This document shows, piece by piece, positions 11,083-22,283 of a stretch of 64,000 nucleotides of DNA (the first letter of the stretch is position 1; each line of letters begins with the position of its first letter). The stretch is from Azolla caroliniana (taxonomy: Eukaryota; Plantae; Polypodiophyta): assembly GCA_043228905.1 (NCBI GenBank), contig JBHGNT010000008.1:3472001-3536000 (forward strand). The letters are read 5' to 3'. Position numbers and translations under genes: made by a program. The notes beneath the pieces were generated by a model that saw only the letters and a list, made by a program, of their open reading frames with translations, made no database searches and was not told where the DNA came from.

Positions 11083-14000
11083 GCGTGTGTAGTATCATTT
11101 AATATAATTAGTATCCCAGAACATCCCATTGTGTTAGGATTACCATAGTTCAAATTACATAACCCAGACATAGATTGGAGAACAAGAGAAATCCGGTATC
11201 GACAAGCCCGAGGATCTACTCATAAGATTGCAACCATTTCACTACATTAGTTGCGGGAAAAAGGATGCAAGGAAGAAATGTTTCTCTTCGCAATATCAGT
11301 AAAACCCTTCGACACCACTAAAGAGGAGTCCACCATTGAACTTCCAAAGAAGTATCATCATTATGCCGATGTGTTCAATAAAGTACAAGCCAATACGCTT
11401 CCTCACCATCGACCGTATGATTGCCCCATCGATTTACAATGGGAAAAGAGCCACCATGGGGACCGATCTACAATTTTTCACCAACCGAGTTAGAAGTCCT
11501 TCGAGCCTATATCAAGGAGAATTTGGAAACTGGTTTCATTCGGCATTCGAAATCTCCAGTCGGCGCACCCATTTTCTTTGTCAAGAAAAAGGATGGATCA
11601 CTTCATCTCGTTGTAGATTACAGTGGCTTGAATAAGGTCACCATCAGAAATAGGTATGCACTTCCCCTTATCTCAAGTCTTTTAGAACGGATCAATGGTG
11701 CAAGGTTCTTCACGAAGATCGACTTATGGGGAGCATAAAACCTCGTACGGATACGACATGGAGATGAATGGAAGACCGCGTTTCGCACCAGATATGGGCA
11801 CTTCGAGTATACGGTCATGCCGTTCGGCCTCATTAATGCGTCAGCAGTCTTCCAGCACATGGCAAATGTTATATTCCGAGATCTCTTAGATGTTTGTTTG
11901 ATCATCTATTTGGATGATCTATTAGGTTATTCCAAGACCCAAGAAGAGCATGATTCTCATGTACTATTAGTACTAAAACGATTTCGAGAACATGGTCTTT
12001 ATGCAAAGTTGGAAAAATGTAGTTTCGGGTGCAACCAGGTGGAATTTCTAGGCTATGTCATCTCCTCGGAAGGCATCTCCATGGATCCAACTAAGGTCAA
12101 AACGGTGGTAGAGTGGCAAACTCCGCGTTCGTTGCTAGATGTGCAATGCTTTTTAGGCTTTGCCAATTTCTACCGCAAGTTTATACAGGATTACTCAAAG
12201 TTTGTTCTGCCTCTCACACAACTTACTAAGAAGGGACAATCGTTCGTTTGGTCTGAAGAAGCAGACATGGATTTTGAGAATCTTAAGAAGGCATTTACAT
12301 CGGCTCCAATTCTAGCTCACGTTGATCCGGAAAAACCATTCATCATGGAAGCGAACGCGTCGGATTTCGCATTGGGTAGCATTCTGTCACAACAAGGTAA
12401 TGATGAAAAGCTACATCTTGTGGCTTTCCACTCATGCAAGTTTGACGCCGCCGAAATCAACTATGAAATCCATGATAAGGAGCTATTAGCAATAGTGGAC
12501 TCTTTTACGCAATGGAGGCATTTTCTAGAGGGATCCTCTCATCAAGTCACCGTATTCAGTGATCACAAAAACCTTGCCTACTTTCAGAATGCTTGTGTGT
12601 TAAATCGACGTCAAGCTCAGTGGGCCCAATTCCTCACGCGTTTCGACTTCAAAATTACATATCATCCGAGGAAGCACCAAGGGAAGGCAGATGCATTATC
12701 ACGGCGTTCATATCTAGCACCACGTCCTGGCGAGCCGGCTTTCGATAACCAAAAACAAGTAATCTTGGGACCGGCACGACTGCAAGCAACACAGGTCTTC
12801 GGCATGCCCTTGGATTCCGACGTTATCGATACCATACGTGAGGACTTGAAGACAGATGCTTTCGCCCAAGCAATTCTAGCACAAATTGATCCCTCTCGAG
12901 CATCTTGTTCACAGTCGCAACAACCAGGTACAGACTATCGACAATTCAAATATCATGATGGATTACTATTCTTTAAGAAACTGTTGTATGTTCCTAATGG
13001 TTCTTGCCGCCTTCGAACTGTCCAAAACTGTCATGACACATATACAACTAGGCATTTTGGTAGTACTAAGACATTAGATTTAGTACAAAGATCATTCTGG
13101 TTGCCCTGTATGCGACAATTTGTCGAAGATTTTGTTCGGACTTGTGATACATGTTGCAGAGCAAAAATCGCAAGGCATCATCGATATGGTTTATTAGAAC
13201 CATTACCAATTCCAAGCAAGCCGTGGCAATCCATTGCTCTAGATTTCATCACAGATCTTCCAATCTCAAAGGGATTCAATGCGATTTTAACAGTAGTAGA
13301 TCGATATACGAAGATGGCTCATTTCCTACCATGTACTAAGGAAATCTCCAGTAAAGAAACCGCCGAAATTGTCATGCGTGAAGTATGTCAGCATCATGGC
13401 CTTCCTGATAATATCATCAACGATCGTGGACCCCAGTTTGTCTCGAAATTCTGGAAGCACCTGTTTAAAATGCTCAATGTCACTTGTAACCTCTCCTCCA
13501 TCTACCACCCGCAAATCGACGGCCAAGCAGAACGAACAAATCAAACGTTGGAGCAGTATCTTTTGGTGCTTTCTAAGCTATCATCAAGATGACTGGGCAG
13601 ATATTCTCCACTTCGCCGAATTTGCCTATAATAACTCTATCCACTCATCGACTAAAGTTACGCCATTTTATGCTTACACGAGTTGTCACCCCCAGTGGTG
13701 TGTATTTGAAACCCCAGAGTTACCCACAAATCCTTGCGCAAAGGATTGTTTGGAGCATTTACGCAAGATACAAGCAGATTTATCTACTCATCTACAACAA
13801 GCTCAACAAACACACAAGGTTTACGCGGATCGTCATTGGTTCCATCCAGTTTTAACATTGGAGATCAGGTATGACTACTACGACACATCAAGACTTCTCG
13901 CCCATGCAAGAAGTTGGATTATCGGCGATTAGGTCCTTTCCGTATTATCGGAAAGATTAATGGTGTCTCTTTTCGTCTCAATCTACCCCTGTAACGTCGC

Positions 14001-14328
14001 ATACATCCGGTGTTTCATAGTTCTCTCCTCAAACCCTATCAAGACAACACCATCTTAAGACGTATTCCACAACCTCCACCCCCGATCGAACTTGAGGATG
14101 GACCTGAGTAGGAGGTTGCCACCATCCTCTATTCCAAGATTGTTCACAACAAGCTCTACTATTTAGTCGATTGGCTAGGATATAGTCCCAGTGAGCGTAC
14201 TTGGGAACCAATAGAGAATGTGACCAATGCTCGTGCTCTTCTTGAAGACTTCAATCGTCAATATCCAGATAAACCGGGTCCTCAATACAAAACGACTCGT
14301 GAGACTCGTCGTTTTAAAGGGGGGATAG

Positions 14329-14749
14329 TGTCATGATATGGCAAGACTCAAACCCATGACCTTATGTTACATGGGTCGAGCTCTTGACCATTACACTATC
14401 TATTATAATACATAAGATATTATTTTTATTTAAGTTTTACTATAGAAAATTAATGTATATTCCAGATTTCTCTGGAACATTCTAGAAGCTTCAGGATTAT
14501 TCCTGAGAACACTATAAAAGGAGGCACAATGCATTATTTCGAACCAAATCTGTTCAACACCAGTCTTAAGCCTCCTAGCCTTCCTTGTATATTCTTCTCA
14601 CATAATATATCGTTGTCATCATCATTCTCTCTCTCTCTCTCTCTCTCTCTCCCCCCTTCTCTCGAGTGTTCTACACCCTCAATTCCTCTTAGTACTAATA
14701 TTCCTCTCTTAGTACTAATTTCTTCTCTGTCTCGGTACTATTCCTGACA
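14329..14749 (+). repeat. 3' LTR of the chromovirus
   Basis: Direct repeat of 3541-3845 plus 8483-8557, about 5-6% diverged by eye; preceded by a PPT; contains TATAAAA. Confidence 0.93.
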
Positions 14750-15867
14750 AAATTTGCTTCAACCCCGCTCCCCATTAATCTTCGGCTTTCTCAGCAAGAC
14801 TGCCCTACATCCGGTTCGAATGCATCAATAGTTTGCTCCTTGATGTACGCAATGGTCGCGACACGGCCTGATATTGCTCACGCCATAGGAGTCGTCAATA
14901 GATTCATGCACAGCCCAGGTCGATCGCATTGGAATGCAGTCAAGCATGTATTCAGATAATTGGTGGGCACACAAGACCTTGGCATCCTCTTCAGTCCGAA
15001 AAAGAACTTAGGCATACTCGATTACACCGACTCGAACTTTGCCAGTGGTGTGGACAATCGAAAGTCAACAACCTGATACTGCTTCAAATTCAGCAATGGA
15101 GCAATTTACACCGACTCGAACTTTGCCAGTGGTGTGGACAATCGAAAGTCAACAACCTGATACTGCTTCAAATTCAGCAATGGAGCAATTTCGTGGAAGT
15201 TGAAACTTCAGGATTGCACGGTCACTTCAACGAGTGTAGTTGAATACGTAGCCGCGTTCGACTCGGCAAAAGAGGCTCTATGGTTCGGTCGGTTGGCATG
15301 TACGTTTCTACAAGCCAACCCCAATTCAACCCAGTTGTCTACAATGACAGTCAGGGAATTGGTGCTCTGCCGAAGAATCTGGTTCATCACAACACCTCTA
15401 AGCATATTGACATTTGGTATCACTTTGTTCGGGACTGTGTAACTTCAGGGAAGCTCGACCTCAAGAAGATCTCCACGACTGACAACATATCAGACGGAGT
15501 GATGAAGTGTCTCGCAATTGACCGATTTCAGTCACTTCGGCACCATGTGGGCTTAAGGAGTATTCAGTCCGATCGATTCGTACAACAAAGATAGCTTCGA
15601 GCACTCAACCTTGACAACCGAACCAGTTTATGCACTCAAACCAACTGATTCGGCCTTTGTTTCCTTTCGGTCGTCATTGATTCGACTACAAGCCAATCTA
15701 CTTAAGAATCTCTTAAAGTTTGTATAACCTATACATCTTGTTCTATATTATAGGTTTCTCCATAATGTATACGCCCATTACGGGGGAGTGTCAAATATGG
15801 GTTTCTAATGGTCATATTCACACTGTCCCTTGGACAAACTAGGTTACCTAGCTCATAAGGGGGTTAC

Positions 15868-18800
15868 TGTTGAAGACAAGGCCGTCAATGCGGAAGATCA
15901 AGTAGCATTCGAATGGGGTTGAGTACCTGCGTATAACAGTTTCCAAGATCTTGCACAGAGATAGAGAGAGAGAGAGAGAGGAGGCACAAAAGACTCTTTC
16001 TATTCAATAGAAACAAATAATACAACCAACCTTACAAAAAGGTTACTAGGTCACTTTATATAGTGCCAAACTTAGGGCAACTACCATTTATGCTAATTAC
16101 ACAAATGGCCCAAACTTGAGCTATACAAAGGGATAGTGTGAATACGTCCATTATACACTTGTATTCGACACTCCCCCGTAATGGGCGTATACATGGGTTA
16201 TCTAAGATTACAGGTATAAACCTAGGTTCTCGGACATATCAGTTTTGTTCGAGTCGGCAGGGTCCGAAGGCAGAAGGCCGGACTGGTCGGGTCGGAAGAG
16301 TTGAAGTCGATCATTAAGGAACTGATGTCGGTTGTCTGAAACCATCCTGCGCTGTGTCCGGCTCTAACCGGACTGGTTTGTCGTTACGCCCATCTGATGC
16401 CGAAGGGACCGAAAACGGTCTGCCGAAAGACACTTGGTCATTCCATCTGCGACATTGTCGGTTGTGGCTATTTTCTCTAGACCGATTTTCCCTGAAATGA
16501 CGCAGTCCCGAACGAAGTGATATCGAACGTCGATATGTTTGGAGGCGTTGTGGTGAACCGGATTTTTCGACAAGGCAACAGCACCTTGACTGTCGCTATA
16601 GACAACTGGGGCCGAGTCATGGTCGACTTGTCGAAACGTGTGCGCCAGCCGGCCAAGCCACAAAGCTTCTTTTGCAGCGTCGGACGCAGCTACATATTCT
16701 GCTTCGGTCGTTGAGGTCGCTGTGCACTCCTGAAGTTTCGACTTCCATGAAATTGCTCCATTGCCGAATTTGAAGCAGTATCCGGTTGTTGATTTCCGAC
16801 TGTCTATACTGCCGGCGAAGTCCGAGTCGGTGTAACCGACAACGCCCGAGGTCGAGTTCGGACCGAAAAGAATGCCGTGGTCTTTTGTGCCAGCCAGATA
16901 TTTGAACACATGCTTGACTGCGTTCCAATGCGATCGGCCAGGATTGTGCATAAATCTGCTAACGACTCCTACGGCATGAGAGATATCAGGCCGTGTCGCG
17001 ACCATCAGGTACATAAGGGAGCCGACTGCCGGTGCATACGGTACCGACTTCATATCTTCCCCCTCCGGACCGGATGTCGGGCAGTCTCGCTGAGAGAGCC
17101 GAAGATTCATGGGGAGCGGGGTTGAAGCAGATTTGGCTGATTGCATGTTGAAGCGTTCCAAGACACGTCCGATATAGTCGGTCTGAGACAAAAAAAGATG
17201 TCGTTTGTCGCGATGCCGACTAATCTTCATGCCAAGTATGTGTCGTGCCGGACCGAGGTCCTTCATGGCAAACTTCAACCGCAATTGCCGAATGAGATCG
17301 GCAAGTTCGCCCGCGTGGCGTCCAGAAATTAGCATGTCGTCCACGTAAATGATGAGGAAGATGGGTGATCCATCTTGAGCTGTGTTGGTAAAAAGACAAT
17401 GGTCCTCATCGCTTTTGGAGAAGCCGATCGATTGGATGAAGTCGTCGAACTTCTTGTACCATTGTCGCGGTGCCTGTTTGAGGCCGTATAGACTCTTCCT
17501 AAGTCGGCAGACTAGATGTTCTTGGCCAGTTGCCACGAAGCCTTTTGGCTGCTCCATATAAATTTCCTCTTCAAGATCACCATGGAGGAAGGCTGTTTTG
17601 ACATCTAGCTGAATCAGCTCCAAGTTGTCGGTTGCCACTACGCCGAGTAGAAAACGAAGGGTTGTCATTTTCACCACTGGTGAAAAAATCTCGTCGAAGT
17701 CGACGCCATATTCTTGTCGGAAGCCCTTCGCAACTAATCTGGCCTTGTACTTTGGGGTGGTCGAATCAGACGTCTCTTTTAGTCGATAAACCCACTTGCA
17801 AGGAAGAGCACGTCGATTCTTAGGTAATTCGACCAGATCCCAAGTCTTGTTTGCCCGAATGGAGTGCATTTCCGACTCCATCGCCAGATGCCAGGTGGCT
17901 GAATCAACAGATGTCGATGCTTCTTCGTAAGACGTCGGTTCGCCGGCGTCAGTGAAGAAAATTCCAGGAGAATACGTCTCCGGAGGTTGCGACAGTCTCT
18001 CGGATCGTCGAGGTATAATTGGACTGGTCGTATCGGGTATCGAGGTCGGATGGTCCGAAAGCGAATTATTCTGCTGTGCCGAGTCAGAGTTGTCCGAGTC
18101 GGTAGTGTAAGGTTCAGCTACCCGTGAAGCTGACCGTGTGTTAGGAGCGGGGCCTTCTTGAAGGGTCGGCACATCGGAAAATGTTACCCTTCGGACTTCG
18201 ATCGGTGTTTCGACTGATGGATTCATAGCCGACTCGTTGAACACAACGTCCGAACTTCGAACGATTTGTCTGCGTTCGGGGTCCCAGAGTCGGTATCCCA
18301 TTTCGCCGTCTGATCCATATCCAAGGAAAATGCATTTCCTGGACCGAGGTGCAAGTTTTCGGCGATCATCTTTCGGAATAAGGGCGTACGCCTCGCATCC
18401 GAAGATCCTCAGCTTGTCGTAATTCGGCTTACTGCCGATCCATAGTTCCTGAGGAATTTGAAGTCCTAGAGGTCTGCTTGGCGACATATTGATTATGTGT
18501 ACTGCCGTGAGTAGAGCCTCTGCCCAGAAGCCATCCGACAGTCTGGAGTGTTGGAGCATGGAAACTATCCGTTCTTGGATTGTCCGATTCATGCGTTCTG
18601 CAATCCCGTTTTGCTCCGGACTGTGTGGTGCCGTAAATTCACGTCGGATGCCGCGTTGTCGGCAGAATTTGACGAATTCTTCTGATTTGAACTCTCCCCC
18701 ATTGTCGGTCCGAAAGCATTTCAGTTTTCGGTCAGTTTGATTTTCTACCATAGCGAGCCAATCGGAGAAGATCGAGAAGACACGATCTTTGGTGCGAATT

Positions 18801-21218
18801 GGATAAGCCCACACCTTTCGAGTCGAATCGTCAATAAAACTGACGAAGTAAGAGGCACCGCCGAGAGACTGATGCGGCATTGGGCCACAGACGTCTGAGT
18901 GGACTAAATCGAGAGGTCTCGTTTCTCTTGGTGCTGATGTCGGGTGTGATGCGGCTGCTTGTTTGCCATACTGGCAATGTTCGCAGAATTGATGGTCCGA
19001 GAAGGAGAGTTTAGGGATGTATCCGGCTCTAGATAGGTGCGTAATGCCGGCCTTGCTGAGGTGTCCTAATCTTCTGTGCCATAGTGATGACACAGGAATA
19101 TCCACCAAAAACAGGTTACCCTCTCTAAGCGTAACATGTAACGGATACAGTGAGTGTATCTTGGGTCCTCTAGCAAGCAGGAGGTTCCCCCTGTGGAGTG
19201 TCCACCCTCCCGAAGAAAAACCGGCACGAATGCCGTCTTCGTCTAGTTGTCTGACTGAGATCAATGGCCTTGAGAGCTCGGGTACATGTCGGACATTGTG
19301 AAGTACAAGTGTAGAGCCACCTGCAAGGTTGAGCTCTACTGTGCCGATTCCAATGATGTCACAGTGTTGCGAGTTGCCGACTCGAACTGAGTCGGAGTGA
19401 CGGATCGTATATTGCCGAAATTGGGATCGATGAGGAGTCACGTGAAATGACGCGCCCGAATCTAAGAGCCATGTGCTCGATTCTTCAGTCGTGAGCAGAA
19501 CTTCTGATTCGACTGGATTTTCGATTGATAGTATATTCGGGTCGTTTGGTAGCACATCAGCTGAGAAGCTGACGTAATTGATCTCCTCATGCCGGCCACT
19601 CTTCTTGTCTGATTTCTGAGACTTGTCGTTCTTGTTCTTGAGTGCGCGGCAGTCGGCTTTGATGTGTCCGGGTTTCTTGCAATAGTTGCAGATTCGATTA
19701 TCCCGTGACTGGCTCCGTCTTCGCTGATTGTTCGGCTGCCGTGAGGAATCTCTTCCTCGTATGTTCGATCGTTCTGTCGAACCTTGTACTACATAAGCGT
19801 CGTCTGTTGAGTCTTTGGCGAAAGACTTTCTCCGAGCTGCTTCGGTCAGGATTGCGCTCGTGACTTTGGAGTATTTAACAGCCGTGGTTGACGCGTTGCA
19901 CACGGTTGTGACGAAAGTTTCCCATGATGAGGGAAGGCTGCTCATGAGTATCATTGCTCTGAGTTCATCCTCGATTGCCGTCCCCTGAGATGAGATTTGG
20001 GAGCTTATGCTTTCGTACTCATTGAGATGTGCTTGAACCGAATCTGATTCTTTCATCCGCAAGTTGTAGAGGCGCCGAATCAGAAACATCTTCGTTGCAG
20101 CGACCTTCTTTTCGTAGGTGTCCGACAGTGTTTTCCACAGTTCGAATGCTGTCGTACACGATTGCACCGTAAAGTATACCGATTCCGATAGGTGCGTCCG
20201 AATCGTGGCGCGGACGATTCTGTCCAGCTTCTGCCACTCAATTGGTTTGTATCCTTCTGGAGGTTCTTCATTTTCGATGGGATCGATTTGCCCCTTGACT
20301 ATGAGATAGTCCTGCATTTGCTCCTTCCAGAAGTTGAAGTTCGATCCATCGAACTTTCGTAGACTCATTTCTGACGAGCCGGATGTTGATGTCATGACTC
20401 TGCCCTAAGTCGGCTACGAACTTTGGTGAAGTGCAGCGGTTTGGCCCACTCAGTGTCGTTCTAGCCGAAGTTGGACACAAGTGATGTCGATTACGGAGAA
20501 TCGGGGATTTGGTTCGGATTGACTACCGACAACTGTCTTAGTCGAGTTGAACCTAGATTTAACGATCCGACAGTACTTCAAGCCGATTCGGTTTCGGTTG
20601 ACTGCAACGGTGAGAGCAATGGAACCGACTGGTCCTTCCGATTATTGTCCAATCGAATGAAACACGAACTGGGGTTGTCCTTGAAGTCGTCGTTGTGCAG
20701 GAAGCCCACCTCAAGCAGTTACGATCAAGGAAGTAGAGTACAGCCGACTGGTTTACTCCGAGTGATGATCTAACGCAGCGAGATTCAAGCTTGTGTTTGC
20801 CTACTTTCTTCTCTTTTTCTTCGAATGACGCAGGAAACCGAATGTTGTGCAGGCTGAGACGACGGCCGACAGCGGGTTGAGGAACCGAGTACTGTGCAGG
20901 CTCTGATACCAGATGTTGAAGACAAGGCCGTCAATGCGGAAGATCAAGTAGCATTCGAATGGGGTTGAGTACCTGCGTATAACAGTTTCCAAGATCTTGC
21001 ACAGAGATAGAGAGAGAGAGAGAGAGAGGAGGCACAAAAGACTCTTTCTATTCAATAGAAACAAATAATACAACCAACCTTACAAAAAGGTTACTAGGTC
21101 ACTTTATATAGTGCCAAACTTAGGGCAACTACCATTTATGCTAATTACACAAATGGCCCAAACTTGAGCTATACAAAGGGATAGTGTGAATACGTCCATT
21201 ATACACTTGTATTCGACA
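15868..21218 (-). mobile_element. Intact, very young Ty1/copia LTR retrotransposon (element D, Tnt1/Tork-like)
   Basis: LTRs 15868-16170 and 20914-21218 look identical except for one AG unit; perfect TSD GTTAC (15863-15867, 21219-21223); PBS TGGTATCAGAGCC (20899-20911); PPT from 16171; uninterrupted ORF. Confidence 0.98.
16364..20395 (-). CDS. Copia Gag-Pol polyprotein (Gag, zinc knuckle, protease, integrase, RT, RNase H), 1343 aa
   Basis: CNYCKKPGHIKADC; WLLDSGASFH; LWHRRLGH; HSDVCGP/RTDNGGEF/PEQNGIAERMN; QLDVKTAFLHG; IYVDDML; KHIDVRYHFVRD. Confidence 0.97.
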   Translation of the reverse strand: MTSTSGSSEMSLRKFDGSNFNFWKEQMQDYLIVKGQIDPIENEEPPEGYKPIEWQKLDRIVRATIRTHLSESVYFTVQSCTTAFELWKTLSDTYEKKVAATKMFLIRRLYNLRMKESDSVQAHLNEYESISSQISSQGTAIEDELRAMILMSSLPSSWETFVTTVCNASTTAVKYSKVTSAILTEAARRKSFAKDSTDDAYVVQGSTERSNIRGRDSSRQPNNQRRRSQSRDNRICNYCKKPGHIKADCRALKNKNDKSQKSDKKSGRHEEINYVSFSADVLPNDPNILSIENPVESEVLLTTEESSTWLLDSGASFHVTPHRSQFRQYTIRHSDSVRVGNSQHCDIIGIGTVELNLAGGSTLVLHNVRHVPELSRPLISVRQLDEDGIRAGFSSGGWTLHRGNLLLARGPKIHSLYPLHVTLREGNLFLVDIPVSSLWHRRLGHLSKAGITHLSRAGYIPKLSFSDHQFCEHCQYGKQAAASHPTSAPRETRPLDLVHSDVCGPMPHQSLGGASYFVSFIDDSTRKVWAYPIRTKDRVFSIFSDWLAMVENQTDRKLKCFRTDNGGEFKSEEFVKFCRQRGIRREFTAPHSPEQNGIAERMNRTIQERIVSMLQHSRLSDGFWAEALLTAVHIINMSPSRPLGLQIPQELWIGSKPNYDKLRIFGCEAYALIPKDDRRKLAPRSRKCIFLGYGSDGEMGYRLWDPERRQIVRSSDVVFNESAMNPSVETPIEVRRVTFSDVPTLQEGPAPNTRSASRVAEPYTTDSDNSDSAQQNNSLSDHPTSIPDTTSPIIPRRSERLSQPPETYSPGIFFTDAGEPTSYEEASTSVDSATWHLAMESEMHSIRANKTWDLVELPKNRRALPCKWVYRLKETSDSTTPKYKARLVAKGFRQEYGVDFDEIFSPVVKMTTLRFLLGVVATDNLELIQLDVKTAFLHGDLEEEIYMEQPKGFVATGQEHLVCRLRKSLYGLKQAPRQWYKKFDDFIQSIGFSKSDEDHCLFTNTAQDGSPIFLIIYVDDMLISGRHAGELADLIRQLRLKFAMKDLGPARHILGMKISRHRDKRHLFLSQTDYIGRVLERFNMQSAKSASTPLPMNLRLSQRDCPTSGPEGEDMKSVPYAPAVGSLMYLMVATRPDISHAVGVVSRFMHNPGRSHWNAVKHVFKYLAGTKDHGILFGPNSTSGVVGYTDSDFAGSIDSRKSTTGYCFKFGNGAISWKSKLQECTATSTTEAEYVAASDAAKEALWLGRLAHTFRQVDHDSAPVVYSDSQGAVALSKNPVHHNASKHIDVRYHFVRDCVISGKIGLEKIATTDNVADGMTKCLSADRFRSLRHQMGVTTNQSG

Positions 21219-21395
21219 GTTACCTCCATTTGTTGTAACTCTAAGTTTGAATAATAAAGTTACATATTGTGTGTCTCTTTGTCTCTCTCTTACTCTCACT
21301 CTACCTCCTTGATCTTTGCTCTACCATGCTAACTTGGTGATCTCTAAGCATAGATGTTGTTCTTGTTTCCGCATTGACGGTCTCAGACTCCAACA

Positions 21396-22283
21396 AGAGT
21401 GCCATAGATCTAGCCAAGAATGTTGCGTATCACTCTTGAACCAAGAACATACAGAGAAGGTATTACTGGTTACGAGAGAATGTGGATGAGGGAGAGTTTA
21501 CCCTTGGAAAGATCCATGCTAATGATAATGGATTTGACATGCTTACGAAAGCACTACCTACGGACAGACTCAAAGTCTGTTGACAGAAGACAGGACTAGC
21601 CGACTTTGCCCATAGGAGTGAAGGGGGAGTTTGTTAGGAATTTGTCTCTCCTATGGAGAAGTTGACAGTCGAAATCAAGGAAGAAGTCAGCAGTCAAATT
21701 GACAAGCCGACTTCAGGATGGTCGATCAGTAAGTTGACTTGGTACTCTACTGATTAAAGGCTACGGAGAGTTGGTTGTATTGTTTGGATGGTCGAAGGCA
21801 AGGGCGACTAGTCGGGGCAACTGGATGGTCGCAGACAAGGCCGACCAAATGATCGAAGTCAAGGGCGACAAGTCCAACCGATTAATTATTATTATAATAT
21901 ATATAATAATAATACCATATCCCTCCTATAAATAGGAATAGCTAGCCTGGGCAAACTTATTGGTAATGATGTATATAGAGCTTCTGTAGGAGTGAGCAGA
22001 AGAGAGTGTAGCAGAGAGTAGGAAGAGACTCGAGAGTGCGCGTGCGAGAGGCGTAGTTTAGTGGAACTAGCCAAAACCCTAGTGGGTATTCTCTGATTTG
22101 CAGATATTTGTAATATGTTTTTCCTTCCTATACCTCTGTTCATAGTGAAAATATGTTACAACGTGGTTTTTTAACTGCTCTAGGGTTTTCCATGTAAATC
22201 TTGTGTACTGAGTTTTGCTTGTTCTCCGTCTTGTATAATTTTCATTCTATCTTTCTTGTCTGTCTACGATCATAATCACAACA
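21396..22283 (+). mobile_element. Ty1/copia 3' end (RNase H remnant, PPT and 3' LTR 21632-22283), probably the end of element A
   Basis: SAIDLAKNVAYHS*TKNIQRRYYWLRE...DMLTKAL; PPT GGAGTGAAGGGGGAG; LTR TGTTAGG...CACAACA with TATAAATA. Confidence 0.82.

Larger units (their letters stand above)
3541..14749 (+). mobile_element. Ty3/gypsy chromovirus (Tcn1-like), degenerate, carrying two nested insertions
   Basis: 5' LTR 3541-~3845 plus 8483-8557 and 3' LTR 14329-14749 (TGTCA...TGACA). Gag EPKIGLPAKFDG and CLYCGGPGH; protease LLDSGAT; RT IIYLDDLL; RNase H YEIHDKELLAIV; integrase SIALDFIT, DRGPQF; chromodomain EVATIL...YLVDWLGYSPSERTWEP (~14105-14260); PPT AAAGGGGGGATAG at 14316-14328. Many stops and frameshifts. 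Confidence 0.93.
14750..21395 (+). mobile_element. Ty1/copia element C, 3' portion only (RT end, RNase H, PPT, 3' LTR); its LTR is interrupted by the young copia D
   Basis: KFASTPLPINLRLSQQDCPTSG and SKHIDIWYHFVRD are homologous to element D; PPT TTACGGGGGAG; LTR 15789-15867 plus 21224-21395; 84-bp tandem duplication at 15022-15189. Confidence 0.88.
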
